Source: Balanoglossus misakiensis (Eukaryota; Animalia; Hemichordata). Taken from it: 64,000 bases of DNA. The notes under the pieces are model-generated. The model worked only from the letters and a program-made list of their open reading frames with translations, made no database searches and was not told the DNA's origin. The stretch spans positions 9,365,129-9,429,128 of the forward strand of contig CM082576.2 of assembly GCA_040954595.2 (NCBI GenBank). The letters run 5' to 3'. The translations under genes were made by a program, and so were the position numbers. Positions 25,401 to 40,800 of the stretch are shown here, one piece after another; the stretch's first letter is position 1; the number at the start of each line of letters is the position of its first letter.

Positions 25401-28400
25401 GCGACAATAATAGCCACAGTAAATAAGTAACGGCCCTAAATGCAGAGATAAAATTCGCAGTAATAAAATGATGTTAAAGACTGCGTTTCTCTGGGGAATA
25501 GAAGTCCAAATTATCTCACTGATTCATCTATGTTGAAACATCATTTGATTTTTATCGCATCTAGAATTACTAGCGAGTTGTTTGCTTTAAATAAAATTGG
25601 CCATTACGAGTGACTCTTACAGAGATAGCGAACAGCGGAGTAAAATTCTGGTATCGTTCGTCTGCCCGTATCATTGCAATGAACCTCGCGTCTCCACAGT
25701 ATAGAAGGAACACGGGTTGTACTGAATAATCAACGTGTGCATTGAATCCGATCAGACCCAACCATATGCTAGTGTCCTGTTTGATAAGTCGGGCCCTTTC
25801 CCGAAAAAGAGCATTTCGTGATTATTGATTGGGAGTAGGCAACGAGTTCGGTGACGTTTCGAATAAATGACTTTCAAAAACAGACTTAGCTCTGCGTGGT
25901 AGTGTTGCCGTGTGTTTTGCCCGACGCACAGACCTGCCACGCAGAGCTAAAACAGTTCATCCCGTTAGTTTTTCGCTTCTTGTAAACTAACTTTTGTTTC
26001 TGTGCACCTGCAGATAAACTCATGCTCTCTCACTATCTCTCGTGTATATTCTACATTTATGTCTGTCAAAAGTACGTACACACTGTCAGACGAAAAATAT
26101 ATTATGTAGGGCGCTCTTCAAAATTTCCGCGGCAACACACGAGAGTCTGCTGAGTACTTGAACGGAGAAAATTACACAGATCGGAAACAAAATGGAGGGA
26201 AACGATACTTTTTAGGAAATACCATGTATTTTGTCGATACATGTAGTCTACATAACTGCTAAAGAAAATAGTCCACGACAAGGAATCGGGCAGACACAAT
26301 GCCTGAGACTCCGCGGGGCGTTTTTGCTAGGCAACGGCTGGCGCGCAGCTGCGTGGTAATATTTTTAATGTCTGCGTCTGACCCCCCTCGGCAGAATTTC
26401 TAAGGGTCACTAATGGGGTGTATTTAGACAGCCCTGTAGGAACGATTCCTGTCCTTACCTTTAAACCAGGTCCGCGCACAGGACCAACCACGCACCGATC
26501 CAGCCAGGGCGGTAGCTATGAATGTTTTGATGCGGTTCCGGGCTGTGGAGCTGTCCGCCGCGATCTCCCCACCAGTGCGCCGTTTCTAAATTCTAATGAA
26601 GACAGATTGTATTTGCATTAAAACTAATCGCTCTTCACTGTTGCTTGCGTTGCTCAGTCATTTCTTACACTACGGCAGGTTTTGTGGAAAGGTTTGTTTT
26701 TTGGATGGGAAGGAATGTATCGCTGCCATGTTTGAACGACCCTTACAAAATGTTTGGTTAGGAAAGAGGCCCCGGGAACTTCACCATTTTGCACAAAACT
26801 GTCACCGAATACATTAACTTTACCAGTACCCCCTTTTATATTCGCATAAATGACCATATTATATAATTACGTGACCTACAAATATTACAAAATCTTGCAT
26901 TTTTGTGGCACTTCAGTCTAATCTCAAATTGTAACCGCCATTTTCAAAGATGACTAGACCAGAAAGATCGGTATTTCGATGGAAATACCGATGCGAACAT
27001 GTCCCACGACCCCTGTCAGGTAGCGAGTCATGTCGTGACGTCATAACAATGGTCATATTAATTCCAGACACGCCCCGATCATCTGGTCTAATATTTCGGA
27101 GAGGGAAGGTAATTTCCTTAAATTTGTCTGAATTCTCCGGTTGGCATCATTTCCGCGCGCATGACTCATACCGTATTTTTTTGATGCCGCATTTTGAAAT
27201 GTCAGTGGTAATTAGAGCACTTTCTCGCTCCCGGCACAAAAACACAATTTTTCGCTGCATGGCTGACTCCTTCCGTTGCAGGAGGGCCCGGTACCTTGAA
27301 AACTCTGAGCCGGGGATGCTTTTTTGAAGGAAACGCACGTAGGTTACTGAAGTTGTCTTTGCCAACATCGTACTGCCGGAGAAAAAAAATCGGTGATATC
27401 GCAGGCTGACTGTGTGTTTTAAAAACAGGGTTGCAGAAGGATCGCGGTGTTCAATGGTAATCTAATAGTCTAAGACTAGTCGCACGGGTTTTACGAAGTC
27501 TGCACACGTTTCATATCAATTGTTTCCCATCTAAGAAGGAGATTTTAAGTTGAATACTTTTGACATATTTTACATTTTTTTTACCTAGCAACGCTTATAA
27601 TGTTTCAATATCTGTGTTGAGTTCTGGCACTTATACTGGAAAATGAACGAATTGCATCGTTGAATTAAGAAGTTAAATGCCGCCAAAAGCGACCATCTGG
27701 TGCCTGTGTATGAAAGCTATAGTTGACGGAAACACACGCAGTACTCTCGGTCACTCTGTCTGTCTGCCTGCCAACCTGCCTGACTGTCTGTTAATTTGGA
27801 ATTTGTATGCAAATGACTTGTCACCGACGTCTGCCCACGTGCATACGTGTTGGCATATCTTTGGACAGACACATTTGCATTTTAGCAGTCAGAACACATC
27901 TGGTTATAATTGCCACTCAACACCTCAGGGTTTGATTATTCGCCATATAGGTGATTGGGCACCGTTCGGAGTAGATGTTCCATCTGAATAGAAGAATCTG
28001 ACCGAATGCCTGCAGTTAACATTTTCCTGACCATTCATGCGCGTGTGGACACTGTGACTATAACGTCATTATTCTCATTATAATACTTTTAAACGGTGAT
28101 GATGCGCTCCGGTAAACGGCATCATCATTGGGATTGAAATAGTGAATGACTCCGCTACCTGAGCTGATCCGTGAATTGCACCATATCAAACATGTCCAGC
28201 AACACTGGACTCTTTGAACTTCGATCAGGATAAAATTAATAAATTGGGTAACAAGGATTTTTACATTAATCAAGATTTGAGGACATCTCTAGTGACAGAA
28301 ATAAGTATCGCGATCACGAAAACAAATATGTGCACGATCAAGTCAATATCATGTCTCTTAATCGATGGAGCGCCGTATGGCGACTGAATTGCATCGTTGT

Positions 28401-31400
28401 CACGACCAAGCGCTCATAGTATACTAGTATTCCATTGAATGGCGGTATCGTGCTGTACGAGTCTGTCTGTCTGGATGTCTGCCTGTCTCTGAGTCTTCCT
28501 TAGGTACACCCACACGTTATTATTGCATGCATGCATATCCAAGGGACAGACATTGTGTTTTGTCCAATGTCCAACTCGTGCGCTATGTATGAGCATTGTG
28601 GCAATGCAATCAGCATTCAGCAGCGTTAGAAAAATACTTCGATTCACCTAGCACTCGCTGAGAGCTCATACTTCCAGATATTCAAAACGAAATAATGCAG
28701 AGGATATGTTCGGGCGTCGATCACAAAACAGGCGCGGGAGGTTCCATTACAGCCGCGTATAATAGCATTAATAGCCGTGCATGTAATTTGGAGAGATGTT
28801 AGAAATTATTAAGTGCTGATGTGTCAGTCGTCGTGGTCCCAACCACCCCCGGGGGGAATTCGCCGTGGAATCGTCACTGAAATTGGCTGTTCATGAAAAT
28901 GTACAAACCTGACAAGAAATGCGGTGCCGTTCCTGTACAGATTACTTGCAATAAATCATCCTCCGCCGTGCGTACAAAACGGCGCCTATATAGTGTCACT
29001 CTTATAGCGTTTTTTATTTTCATGCAAAACTATTTTTATCGCCTGTTCCGGTGTGCATGTACATGTACATGTCGAATGCACGGGTTGGTGATTATTTTTA
29101 GTTCCCGCGGTGAAAATGAAATATATTATATGCTTATTTGACTACACTGCTAAGTGTCGATGTGTATGAAACAACCGGGGCTGTTTACAAAAACGACCAT
29201 CATATATGACAAAATTATTCCCTGTGTGTTCACATAGGGTTACATAACCTAATTCTGGTTGCAGGAAACTTTGCAACATTCAGACAAATGCCCTGACATT
29301 GACTGACGAAGAAACCACGTTAATTGTAGCATCGCGGAACTGATTCACTTGTCCCGAGGCTCTAAATTGGAAATGGGGACTAATTATGAAGGAATTATTA
29401 GTCCCTGGCGGCAACGCGTTAAGCACCAGCAGATCATGGAGGTACTAGCAGCAGATGGACACGCACGTACAACATCACGTCGCAAGATGGCGTGGTTTCA
29501 ATAACGAAGCCCCCCAGCTGCCATTCGTACGTGCGGTTTGTCCTCGGACTTGCAATCGTTGCATTTTCATCGTCTCATTTCTTAGATTACAGGCGAAGTG
29601 GCAATGAACGAACGAACAACCAGGGTTGTAAACACCGCAAAACCACCTCGAAGAGATGTGATAATGTTGTCCACCGCAGTTTGCTGTTCTTGGTTAAACA
29701 ATATCGTACTAATATCGTGTAATTATAATCTATTGTTCTGATGTGCATTGGCGGGGGCGCTGTTCAACGGGCAGTCAGAATCGGGGCCTGGTGTTTTCTA
29801 CAGTGATAGGTCAGTTTTTAGTGAGGATGTCGTCCACTGGCTCAGCTTACATTGCTAAACGGTGCACCTCAGAGGCAGTGGGAGTAAAATTGTTTGATAT
29901 CCCGTGAAATGAAAAATACATACAACGCAGTCCCTGGGCCGCTAAGGAGACCGAGTTTGTATATTGAAAGAATACTATATATGACATTGATGAAACTTGC
30001 TACAGATACTAGGATTACAATATGTAATTCCAGTAAAATATGATACGCGGTTTCATTTTACCTTACACAGTCAAACATTGTAAAAACCAGGCCTGGGGAG
30101 CATATTTAGTTCATATCTGTTTGTTTCTTGGTGCATGCGCAGAGACTATGCGACAATCCACAATGAAACCATGAATATTTTAGATAAAATACCCCTTCGC
30201 AAACGTTGGCTACTAAATTTTGCAAGAGCGAAGATGGAACATTGGATAATCTTTCTTTTGATAGCAGGATCACGAGGAGACAGTCGCTGTAGGGAGATGC
30301 ATGGCTGCTTCCTATCGAGTTGTACCCCAGCTTTTCTCTTGGATGATTCAAACTATTTAAACCCCTTTCCGTTAAATTAAACTGAGTGCTGGTGGCATTT
30401 CGAAAAGGGGGCAAGGCCAGAAAAACATGGTCCCACAACTCAGGCCTGTTACCTTCAGAAGAAAGACGGAGTCTCTGTTCCACACACACTAATTTTAATG
30501 TTCGGAATGAACTTGCAACTTATAATAATTTGTTAGAACTTGTGTATGTTCGAACCTAGTCGACGAGACAGGTCGGCAGGCAGGCAGACAGACAGACATA
30601 CAGGAGGTTGTCAGTACCGTGATAAACGTCAATGGAGAGATAAAGACAGGGTCAGTCAGTAAGACACACTGACCGACAAAAGAGAGGCATCAAGGATAGA
30701 AGACGCTAGGAGACAGAGAGAGGATGAACTTCTTCTTTTTTGTTAGTTTCGATGAGCATGATGAGTGGTGAAATTCAGAGTCTGAAACTACTCAGACCGT
30801 CCCAGCAGGCACTTGCCCTATATCTGAGACATTATTAATTTCCGCTTTTGACCCCAGATGTTTTAAACAAATACATATGAGATAAAAAAAACGAAGAAGA
30901 AAAAGTAACGGAGGTGTAATTGGTTTCGAGTTACTTGTCATCTCGTGCCTTGTCATCGTTTTTGATTTCATGCGTCTCCCCTTACCCCTTGACAAGCTTT
31001 CAAGTTGAATATTAGCATTTGTAACGGCGACATCGACGTCAGCGATAAGAGAAAAGAAAAAAAGCCGAGCAGGCAGTCTGGCAGTTGTGTCTGCCGCATC
31101 CAATTCAAGGTTGATCAAAGACGACTTATAAATTTTACATGGCAGTCGGAGCGACTTATAAAGTTCAATTTATTTTATCCGTCAGGCATTTCACCTGCCC
31201 CGACCTCAATAACGTTTTCCATTCAGAATACAAGACTTCTAGGAGTGCCCGTATCTCCCTTCGTTATCTGCGTTTGTTTTGATCATTTCCAGTCCTGTTC
31301 GCTTGCATTTTCTTAATTGGCCCCCTTGCGAAAAATTCATGTACCAAGACGTCATTTCTGTTTGTGAGCAGGCCCAGTACTCTTCACCCCCCCCCCCCCC

Positions 31401-34400
31401 CCCTCAGATTTTGAATACACATCATTTTCTGGAGAATACATGTACTGGTTATAACGTTTTCGGAGACATTTCGTTGGGAGGCATATCGGTCATGGGTTCT
31501 CCAATCTGTTTTAACGAGGTTGGAACGAGCGCGCGGGGGTAAATCGCGGGAACGCGAGTCAAACTGGAAATGAATTTTTAATACAGGTGACTGGGTTTTA
31601 ATTCCTTGCCCCGTCAACTTCCCCATTAGCGCTGATCTGCCCGGCCCCAGTTTCCAAATCCCCTATTTTAGCGTCGACTATATGTTGACTTCAGGTTGAT
31701 CCACTCGTCTCGGCAACTGATTCTCCTTAAAGTTATCAGAGTAGACTACAAATGTGCTGTTTAAGGATGTACGATCGGTAAAATTGAAAACATTGTCATT
31801 TCTTTTAATTGTGGATTTTTGGTTTCTCCTTTGCATAATAAGATATGTAATAAAATATTCGACCGATGAATTTATTTTTACTTGACTGAGCCGTGTGTAA
31901 AATTTCGTAAAAAATGACAATAGCAGAAGTGAGTTTTCCAGCAATCTCAGCGTAATCCTATGGGATAAGACACACGCGCAGAAGTTCGCGCAGCTTACCA
32001 GTTCACGTTCTGCGCATAAATCCTTCAGTCATTCGTCGTGTATATATGACTATTTGCGTTAAAACGGTTCAGAGTGGAGGTGTGGGTGGGGGGGGGGTGA
32101 TCAACGCGATACAGGGGAGTTGTCCTGAAACTCACGCCCAGGCCTACTGCGCATACTCCAATGTGATATTCGCCACGAACATAAGGTCAAATCTGTGATG
32201 CATATGACTTTCGTTATTTTTGTTCGTTCATCTATTTGAACCAAGTGTACAATTTAAAGGTACACCACGTGCACCACACACTCGCTTGTGCGACAGGTTT
32301 CCATTATAAGTGCATTCCATCCTTTGTTTACTTGAGAGTGCACGGTTATGACTATCATTTTTTACTTCACTTTGAAGCGATGCCTGACCCGTAATCTCGT
32401 AGCCATACATTATCTTGTTATCTTGCATTCGCCATCTTTTGTTTGGATGTTTCTCGACCTTTGGGGGAAGAGCTTTCCGCTATATGGCATGCTGTGTCAG
32501 AGGTAAATTATCTGGGGGTAAAAGAAACATGTTTTTCATTTGCAGAATGATCATATCGCAGAATTTAAAAAAAATGATGCAAAAATTGTCTTGCGAAGCT
32601 GTGCCCAAAGGGTTTCATGGAATGCGTGGCTTCAATGAAACCAATTTGGCATCTCCTATTGCCGAGGCACTACAGTTCAGTTGATACGGCGTTGGTACTA
32701 CACGTGACAGATAGAAACATGCCATATATCAACATGAACAACACAGCAGGCAAATTCATCTGCAATCTTTGCAACAGAGGAAGTAATTCAAACCCCGCAT
32801 CAAAACACCGTAATTCTACTCGGTGTAATTAGACCGATTTGGTTCAAATTGGTGTTCCGCGAAGCCCCGTCAGAGGGAGGATCTATACCCGTGTCCTTTC
32901 TGGAGAGAGAAAATACGAAGACGTATTTTCTCTTTTCTGTGTCAACCGTTCCAGAAATTAGCCCAGGCGTCATCACGGAAGGCCTCTTTTCATGTTTGCC
33001 AGCCCAGCCAGGTAATCAGTGAATATAGGAAGTAATTACTCGCTTGTCATACCGGTAGTATCGAGTAATCGCTCAGGTAATCTTCGCAAATAGCGGGAGA
33101 GCAGTTCGCATACAAAATTATACAGATCAGAAAAGGTGCCCCCAGTTTGAAAACAACAAAAATTGGCAGCGCCAAAGTTTCCATTGACGGTGAAATCGCG
33201 CGTAAATTGTGGTGCTAACCGCTAAATGGACGAGTCGTGGATTCAGGATGGCTAGTGGAACATTCATTTGCCACGACTTCAACAGCACGGTTGCGGGGCA
33301 TGACGTCAAAATTGTAAGCGTGGACATCTCTCTATCTTCCTCTATCTTATCCAATGTAATACTGTTTCTAAGAACTGCAGTCTCATCAAGACAATGTGCG
33401 CCGCCGCGCCCGCGCATGCCACACCGCTGGGGACAGACCTATTGGTTGGAGGTTTGAAGCGATCACTATCTTGTAAGAATAAACGAGTTTTGATAATACG
33501 TGTGGGCGTCCCGAGCTTCACCCGGCCGCGCTCATGTCGTCGCGTTGACTGGCAGACTTGATACAGAGCTACACTTGTTAATTACACCTGGATTACAAGG
33601 GTGGAGGGGGGTATTTGAATGATAATTTGTTTTCTGAGGATCACTTCAGCGACAGTTTAACGTCTGTATGTCTGTCTCATCGTACAAACACCCCCCCCCT
33701 CCCGCAAATTATCATCGACTATCCCTTTGCTACGTCTCCAGAACCTGGTGCGTAGCTTTTGGGAATCTACGCTTATGTTGGCAAGGCGTCTGATTTTCTG
33801 ATAATGTGTTACATTTGAACGGAGTACATTGCAGTTTTTTACGAAGTCTATCATCTGTGCAGATTATGTTTTTATCTTTCCAATTATAGGAGCTTCGAGT
33901 CGTAAACTTTGGGAATTTCGCTTTGACGCAATCTTTACAGACTTTCCTACGGGAAGCTCGTCGCGGTTTCAATAAATTTTCACTTATGATGCATTATGTG
34001 TATTGTACTATCACATTGTCGGTAGTTATCTTAATTTCAATTAAAGACTTCTGATCCACCGTCTTCAAAAAACGCCACGCGTTCGTCGAAGATGCCATAA
34101 AATACATGCATATTCTTGCGGTGATTTCCAACATACACGGGACTCAAGGCACTAAATCCATAGGCACAGAGAAACATACACGATGTGAGTTTTTGCGCGA
34201 GAGACCTTTTTTATCATTTGTCTACATGTGTATTTGAAGGCGTCGCAATGAAATGTTATAAATTACCCGAATCAACTGTACAACATTGATCAATACGGGT
34301 AATTGTGGCGTAACTGGCCAGACGCCAGAAAGTGTGAAAAGCGACATAATTCCGCTCGCCTCACTAATTATCCACCTGTTTTCTGCACACATCTCGTTCC

Positions 34401-36088
34401 ATTTTGCCATGTGTACACAGACAGTCCGTCTCCAATTTAGACATATGTAATCGTTCATATACAGCGTTTGCACAGGGCTTTATACGGATCGCGGCAGACA
34501 CATGCATTGTAGAGTATCGCCCCCCGAAACCGCGCAATTGACGCGATGTGTTCAAAGGAAAGACATGTGCATTGTAACCTGAACCATGCACGATAATAAA
34601 TAATAAAAAATTTAAAATGGAAAATTTGCAAGGAGCGTTAAAACGTTATCGGGATTACAAATAACCCATTTAAATATCGCGATCCTTTCGCGTATTAATT
34701 CAGGTTCCACAAAAATGGAATACGCTAGCAATGTAGTACACATTTAAATGCTTAAAGCATAAGTATTGGAAATGTTTTCCAACAAAAAAATCTGCAAAGC
34801 GCTTTTGAAAACAGACACGCGGGGAGTATCGTCTGTACATTTACTCATTACTCAAGAAATACGAGCGACTGACGAGAAATCTATCGGTGATATTGAGTTC
34901 CTCACAATTCAATATCGGTGAAATTGTACCCACTTCGCTGGTTACCAGCTATCGAACTCTCAGGATCCGGCAAGAGATGCGCATTAAAATAGCCACGGTG
35001 GCCGAGTCTCTCTCTAAACTGCGCACAACCCCGTGAAATTGATGTCAAATAATTGGGGGCTTTTTTCCCTCGTTTCAGGATTTGATGGGATAAAAGCATA
35101 CCCATCATTAGATGGCATTAGATTTAAACTGTGTATAGTTCTGATGTCACGATAAAAAGTCCTGATTCTCCCCTGGCACCTGGCTCTACTCCTGATTTTT
35201 TCCCCATCTTACATTTGCCGAGACGACCCACGGAGCATTCTAGTGTCAAAACAAATTTATGGAGAATGGCAACCGCGAACTTCGCGATTCAATGCAAATA
35301 CTCCGCGCGCCGAACAGCAAAACACAAAACCAAGCCCAGCAAACGCTTTGAAATCGAGCAACAACGTGTGCGGTGTTTCTAGCGCGAAAATAATCGTCAA
35401 ATTAACACTTTTCCATCACATCAGCGAGATTTCTGGGATGTCGGCGATAGTGTCAAATTCAAAGTTTGGTCGTGATAACCATAATTAACAATTACCATAA
35501 AAAAACATATACACATTTATATTTTCCGGCCATGGAATGTTCATTTCAATGATTCAATGATTAGAAAATATGATAGCAATACCTACCTCATACCAGGCTA
35601 GACAAACAGGTTTAACAGGCTCCCTAACTTTGGGAAGATTCATCAACAAAAAAGTGCTCCAGCAGCGGACTCCTTATGTATGCGGTGACGATCGAGATTG
35701 TTGTGAGGAACGGGTCACCAATACTCAACTCAGTCGGATTGTACTCTCACAAAGACAGACGGCGAGGAAAAAACTCCCGGGCAACAAAGATGGGCGTCCA
35801 AAGGTTACGGAGTTGAGATTATCAGTTAGCTGGCAGTACCCGCAACGTCAAAATTGTTCCATTGAAGACACAGCATCACACAGCAATTTTGCTGTTGTTG
35901 TTTTTTCAAACAAAACACACGGCGAAGTAAATCCAACTCGGCACAGCCGTTGTCTCGTCAACGCTTGTCAGCTTGACTCCACTTTCGCCACAGTTGTAAA
36001 GTTGCCTAAAGAAAAACAGAACACAAAACTTGGTGTTCACACAGAATTTGCAAGCAAAATACAATGAATTGATAAACGTGTGTAAAAG

Positions 36089-36130
36089 GAGACGTCTATC
36101 AGTATTTCTGAGATCGTCTATCAGTATTTT
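36089..36130. repeat. Short tandem duplication (~21-22 bp, 2 copies)
   Basis: gagacgtctatcagtatttct / gagatcgtctatcagtatttt. Confidence 0.85.
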
Positions 36131-37750
36131 AACATAGCGGTCATGCCGCAATTTCGTGTGCGTTACAAATGAACAATACATGAAGACAGAGAAATGGACA
36201 TAGACACAGAGACAGCGAGAGAGAAATGATTACAACTCCCGCAGGGGCGTTCGATCCAAATGCGAAATACAAAAATCATCGTATCTTTCCAAAATGTACT
36301 TTTTTGATAACGGAGACTGTTGCCCCGGGAGACAAACTGATATCGGAGTGACTGATGCCGAGGCGAGATGCATATAGCGCGCGGGTATAATCCGTCGGAG
36401 AGCGTGGAATCCCCGCGGCTGTGTATACGACGCTACGTGATAAAGTGATCCGAATCCAATTGTTGAGGCTGGACTTTTTGTGCGTATCTTACGGTACTCA
36501 TAAAAGGCGCACGTGTGATACCTTTGGCGGATAATATGGAAAACTGAAAAATCCTCTCTGCTTTCCCAATCCGATATTTTTTTCAAATTCCAGCAAGGAA
36601 ATAAAAGGGCTTGAAAGGGGTATTTAAATGAGTGCAGGGCTCTCTCCGATCGAGGTAGGCAGACTGTCAAAAGAAGTTGGTGCTTCCTGCATAATTAGTG
36701 ATCCGCCCCCGGGGGACCCTCGCCACACGCTGACCGACTGACTTCTGCAACCAGTGACTATCTATCCGACTCCGCTATAATTACTCATCCCGAAATTTGC
36801 TCTTCCAGGGTTGCCATGGAAGTGCCGAGACCAAGAAGCAGCGATTTCTCTATTTGACCGAAAAATGCAATTTTCCATCACAAGGGAACGGTGATGCCAT
36901 GGCGACAAGGGATGACGGTCAAATTCAAATTCTAACTGCTATTATAGTCTGCCATATCAGAAGTACACCTATACAAAGTCTCCAAAGGGGAGACAATGAA
37001 ACGGTTGTCAGTTATGCCCTAGCCTCTAACAAAACCCCAAAACGATTTTACCTATTATTCCCAAACCCCAATTTCGGGGGTTGTTAGGATGAAATTACAT
37101 GTCATATGGGAGAAATGGTCTCCCGCAGCGCACAATGACAAACAAAATTATCCCTCGTTGCATTGCGCCTCCTAGGGTTGATCCCGACGAATGAAAGGCG
37201 GATTCGTCGTAATTTTGAAAAAAGGAGAGATATCCCAACCCTCCCGAGGAAAACGTACGTGTAGCCCTGAAGGGACGTCGTTTCTTGAATTACGGGCAGC
37301 GCACCGGTGAAAGCGACGCGTGGAGTAATATTAACATCGGGGTATATTACCGGGCTATTATCTGCGTGATTTGTGCTGCATGCGATGATACGACGGCGGT
37401 AATTGTCACCTTGTCAGGGCCACCGATGACCTGCCCCGTGTTGTTTGACAGCGCTCACGATAACACGTGGAAAATTGCGCGCGAGTCTATAATCAACATG
37501 TGTCTGCTCCGTATAAGTACGCATTATCACGCCGTTTTGCGGGCTCGATTAGGAAATCTTGTATATATTTCTCTTATAACATGTAGTTAGATCATCTGGA
37601 GCCCTATGTCACGGGATGTTGAGAAAATAAAAAGATTTCCATTTATTCGGGCGCACGAGATGCGAATTTGCGAGCATCGCCAATGTTTATTCACCCAAGA
37701 TCACTGAGAATCAACCGAAGCCTCTTACAACCCCCCCCCCCACCCACCAC

Positions 37751-37803
37751 CACCTGCAAGGTTTTGGTGGCAACTTCATCACCTGCAATGTTTTAGTGGC
37801 CAC
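37751..37803. repeat. Diverged tandem duplication (period 29 bp) after a C-tract
   Basis: cacctgcaaggttttggtggcaac versus cacctgcaatgttttagtggccac (21/24 identical). Confidence 0.85.
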
Positions 37804-40800
37804 GTATGGTTATGAAATATTATACAAGTAAATAACGCCATTCCGAGCTACCTTGAAAAACATTGGGCGCGTGTTTTCTTTAATGAAATATCTAATTGAA
37901 GTCGCACTACTTTGGACATGTCTCGTGATTTTCTTTTCAGGCACGTGATGTGACACTATTTATTCGCTTACATTTAACAGAGCCAGCTGCAAATTATATA
38001 TATTTTTGCATTTATCTCACGAGTAAGCCCACTAGTGATTTACTATCAATAGTACTTCCACAGACATCACTGAGCTGCACCACCACCATTACCACCACCA
38101 CCGCCCCCACATAACACTACGACACAACATAGTTATCAATGAAATAAAATACCAATAGTCAATAAAGCTAAAATGATTTCACATTCAGTCAGAGGAGCCA
38201 TGACAAACAACAAACATATTAGCAAGCCGACAAAAACCGCAAATACACAGCTTCACACATGGGACAAAATTAGTCAGTATGCTGCTAAAAAGGAGCGACT
38301 TTGTCCTCTTGAACACGAAGCCCTGTTAATACCTTTTCTTTGCTTTTTCTTCGGAAAAAAGTCCGTAATTGTCCGTGCGTTGATTGAATTTCTGCAGCAT
38401 ATTGATCACTTAAAAACCTGCGATAAGATCTCTTACTGACGCCTTTTACGTCGATCTAGCCTATCCGGTTGAATGCATTAAGTAATAGCTTGGGTTCCCT
38501 AGCTGGAGGACCTCGTGACATTTTCAAATGGCAACCGACTCAGCTCTCCTTCAGATCCTACACCACACAGTTGGGGCTTTAATACAACGCATTACATTAA
38601 CGCACAGAAATGTATTTTTCATTTCAGCCTATTTACGTCTCGCAGGCAGACGTTTTCCTCCCATATATCATTTGTTAGACTGTAGTTGTCACCCAAGCAC
38701 CCAGTCAGGAAAGAAGGAACATCTATATCCGTAAGTCCACGGATGCAGCCTTTATAGTGTGAGATTTGTCCTTAGCCCAGAAATAGCAGTCTCGATGAAA
38801 TTTCAAGTATCAAACCTATAGTTTAATATTTCCGCGAGGGTGCGCGTTCTGTTAAGATGCCGATGCCAAATCGCTTCCTTGCACAACGCTGGCATGAATA
38901 TTGAAAACAAGAAATGACGCGCGGTAGTCTGTGCTTCGTATTACACGACGGAAGTGAAAACCAATCTAAAGAACTCGGCACGGAGGCGCCACAAGGAGTG
39001 ATTTGACTCTCTGTGGATGGTTTGCCGTGACTTATTTTTTTTCTCCGAGCATTGTCCCTACCTGACAAAATATTAAGGCACGGCTGCGCGGGAAAAGTGC
39101 ATCGTGATTTGTGGATCCGAATTGTGGCTAGAGGGTCTGTGCATTGACCACATCCCCCCCCCCCCACACACACACGCACGCACTTCTCTCAATAAAACGT
39201 GCTGGTGTTTGTTGTGATCAGCTGTGGAATTAAGTAAATAGTGGAAATATCTGTCTGTAATATCCCCTGTGAGTGACTCTCGCTAAACGGAATCGAGGTC
39301 AAACCCCTCCTCCAAACGAAAGAGCTGTGCTGTCAATTTTTTTTTATGATCGACGGCTCAAAAGTTTATTGGACTACCATCCAGTTCGAAAATGTCCGAA
39401 AAGTATTTTGTGGGCATTATGACATACATGTACTTAGATTTTAGATGTTTTTTTATCCACGAGGTATGACCCGAGATTTCCATAACTGGCTAGCGTAAGA
39501 AAGCAATAGGCCTACTCTCTTTATGAAATAAAACAAGTAAACGATTAAAGCGAAAAATGCATCACATGCAGTCTATTATTTCATTGGTACAACATGATTT
39601 CCGAGTTCCGTAAAGGGGATTTTCCGGACCAATATATGTGGAAGCGCAACCAAAGTGGGGGAAAAAGCAGAGTGTATTGACTCCAAATTAGGAGACGGAA
39701 AAGGGCAGGATACGCGGCCAGCATGGTGCAGTCATGAAGCACACGCTGATCTCTAATGGGGGAGCAACTGAACAGAGAGATTCTAACAATCGACGGAGCA
39801 CGCTACGAAACAATTCCTAATTGTCATATGCACTCCCCTGTTCTCTCTGTCTCTCTCTCTCCCTCTCGTCTTTTTTGTCTTCAAAGGGTGCCGCTAACCA
39901 CGTGTAATGTGCCCTCAAAGATGGTACACCGTGGTATTGAGGGCTACCCCTAGTTACTCGCGGGCTTTCTCGCTAGTTAGGCGACATCTGTGTCCCGTAA
40001 TGATGCAGGGAGAATAATACCCATCTGCGATGATGAGGGAGACTTCAAAGGGGCCGACAGGGCGCTATCAGACGCCAAGAGGCTTTCGACAACTGCTACG
40101 CACCCGGGGAAAAATTAATAAGATTCGCACGGCGCATGGAGGTTTGCTGGATTCTCGCGGTGCATGCGCAGCGGCGCGTTTCCACGATACCAAGCACCGA
40201 GCTCTGCACTCGGACGGTGATGCGAATTCATTTCGCAAACAAGTAAGACGAAAATGCAATCAGACGAGATATTCACTCCAGATCGCCAAGGTTACTATTG
40301 TGAGGTTTCTTGGCTGAAAAACGGGTGAACCTAGGCACGTGCGCATAATTACCGTGGTAGGCACGGCAAGCCCAACAAGTTCCAATTATATAGATAACCG
40401 CGGGCGGAATGATACGCCGGAGTCAGAAGTACACGCGTATCACGTGTCAGCGCAGAAAGGTGGGAATTCTATCACAGTGAAAATAGCTGAACAAAAACGA
40501 CGTCTCCAAAATTCTCCGGCGATCGTGCAGTTTCAATGGTGGCGGCGCTGTGCGCGTAAACACTGATGCGCAGCCACCGAGAAGTCCAACAGAGAACAAA
40601 TAACTCAGTCTGCGCGCCAGCAGTCTACGTATCTTACGCATTAGCAACAGTAAAAGTAATCAAGGAGGATATTAAATGGCCGATGTCATAAAGCTGTTCG
40701 CAGGCTTTCTTGTAAATGAAATGCGAACTTTTATGGGCTTATAATATATCACCTCCAGAAGAAGACCAAATAAATTCAACTTCGTGACATGATCACCTGC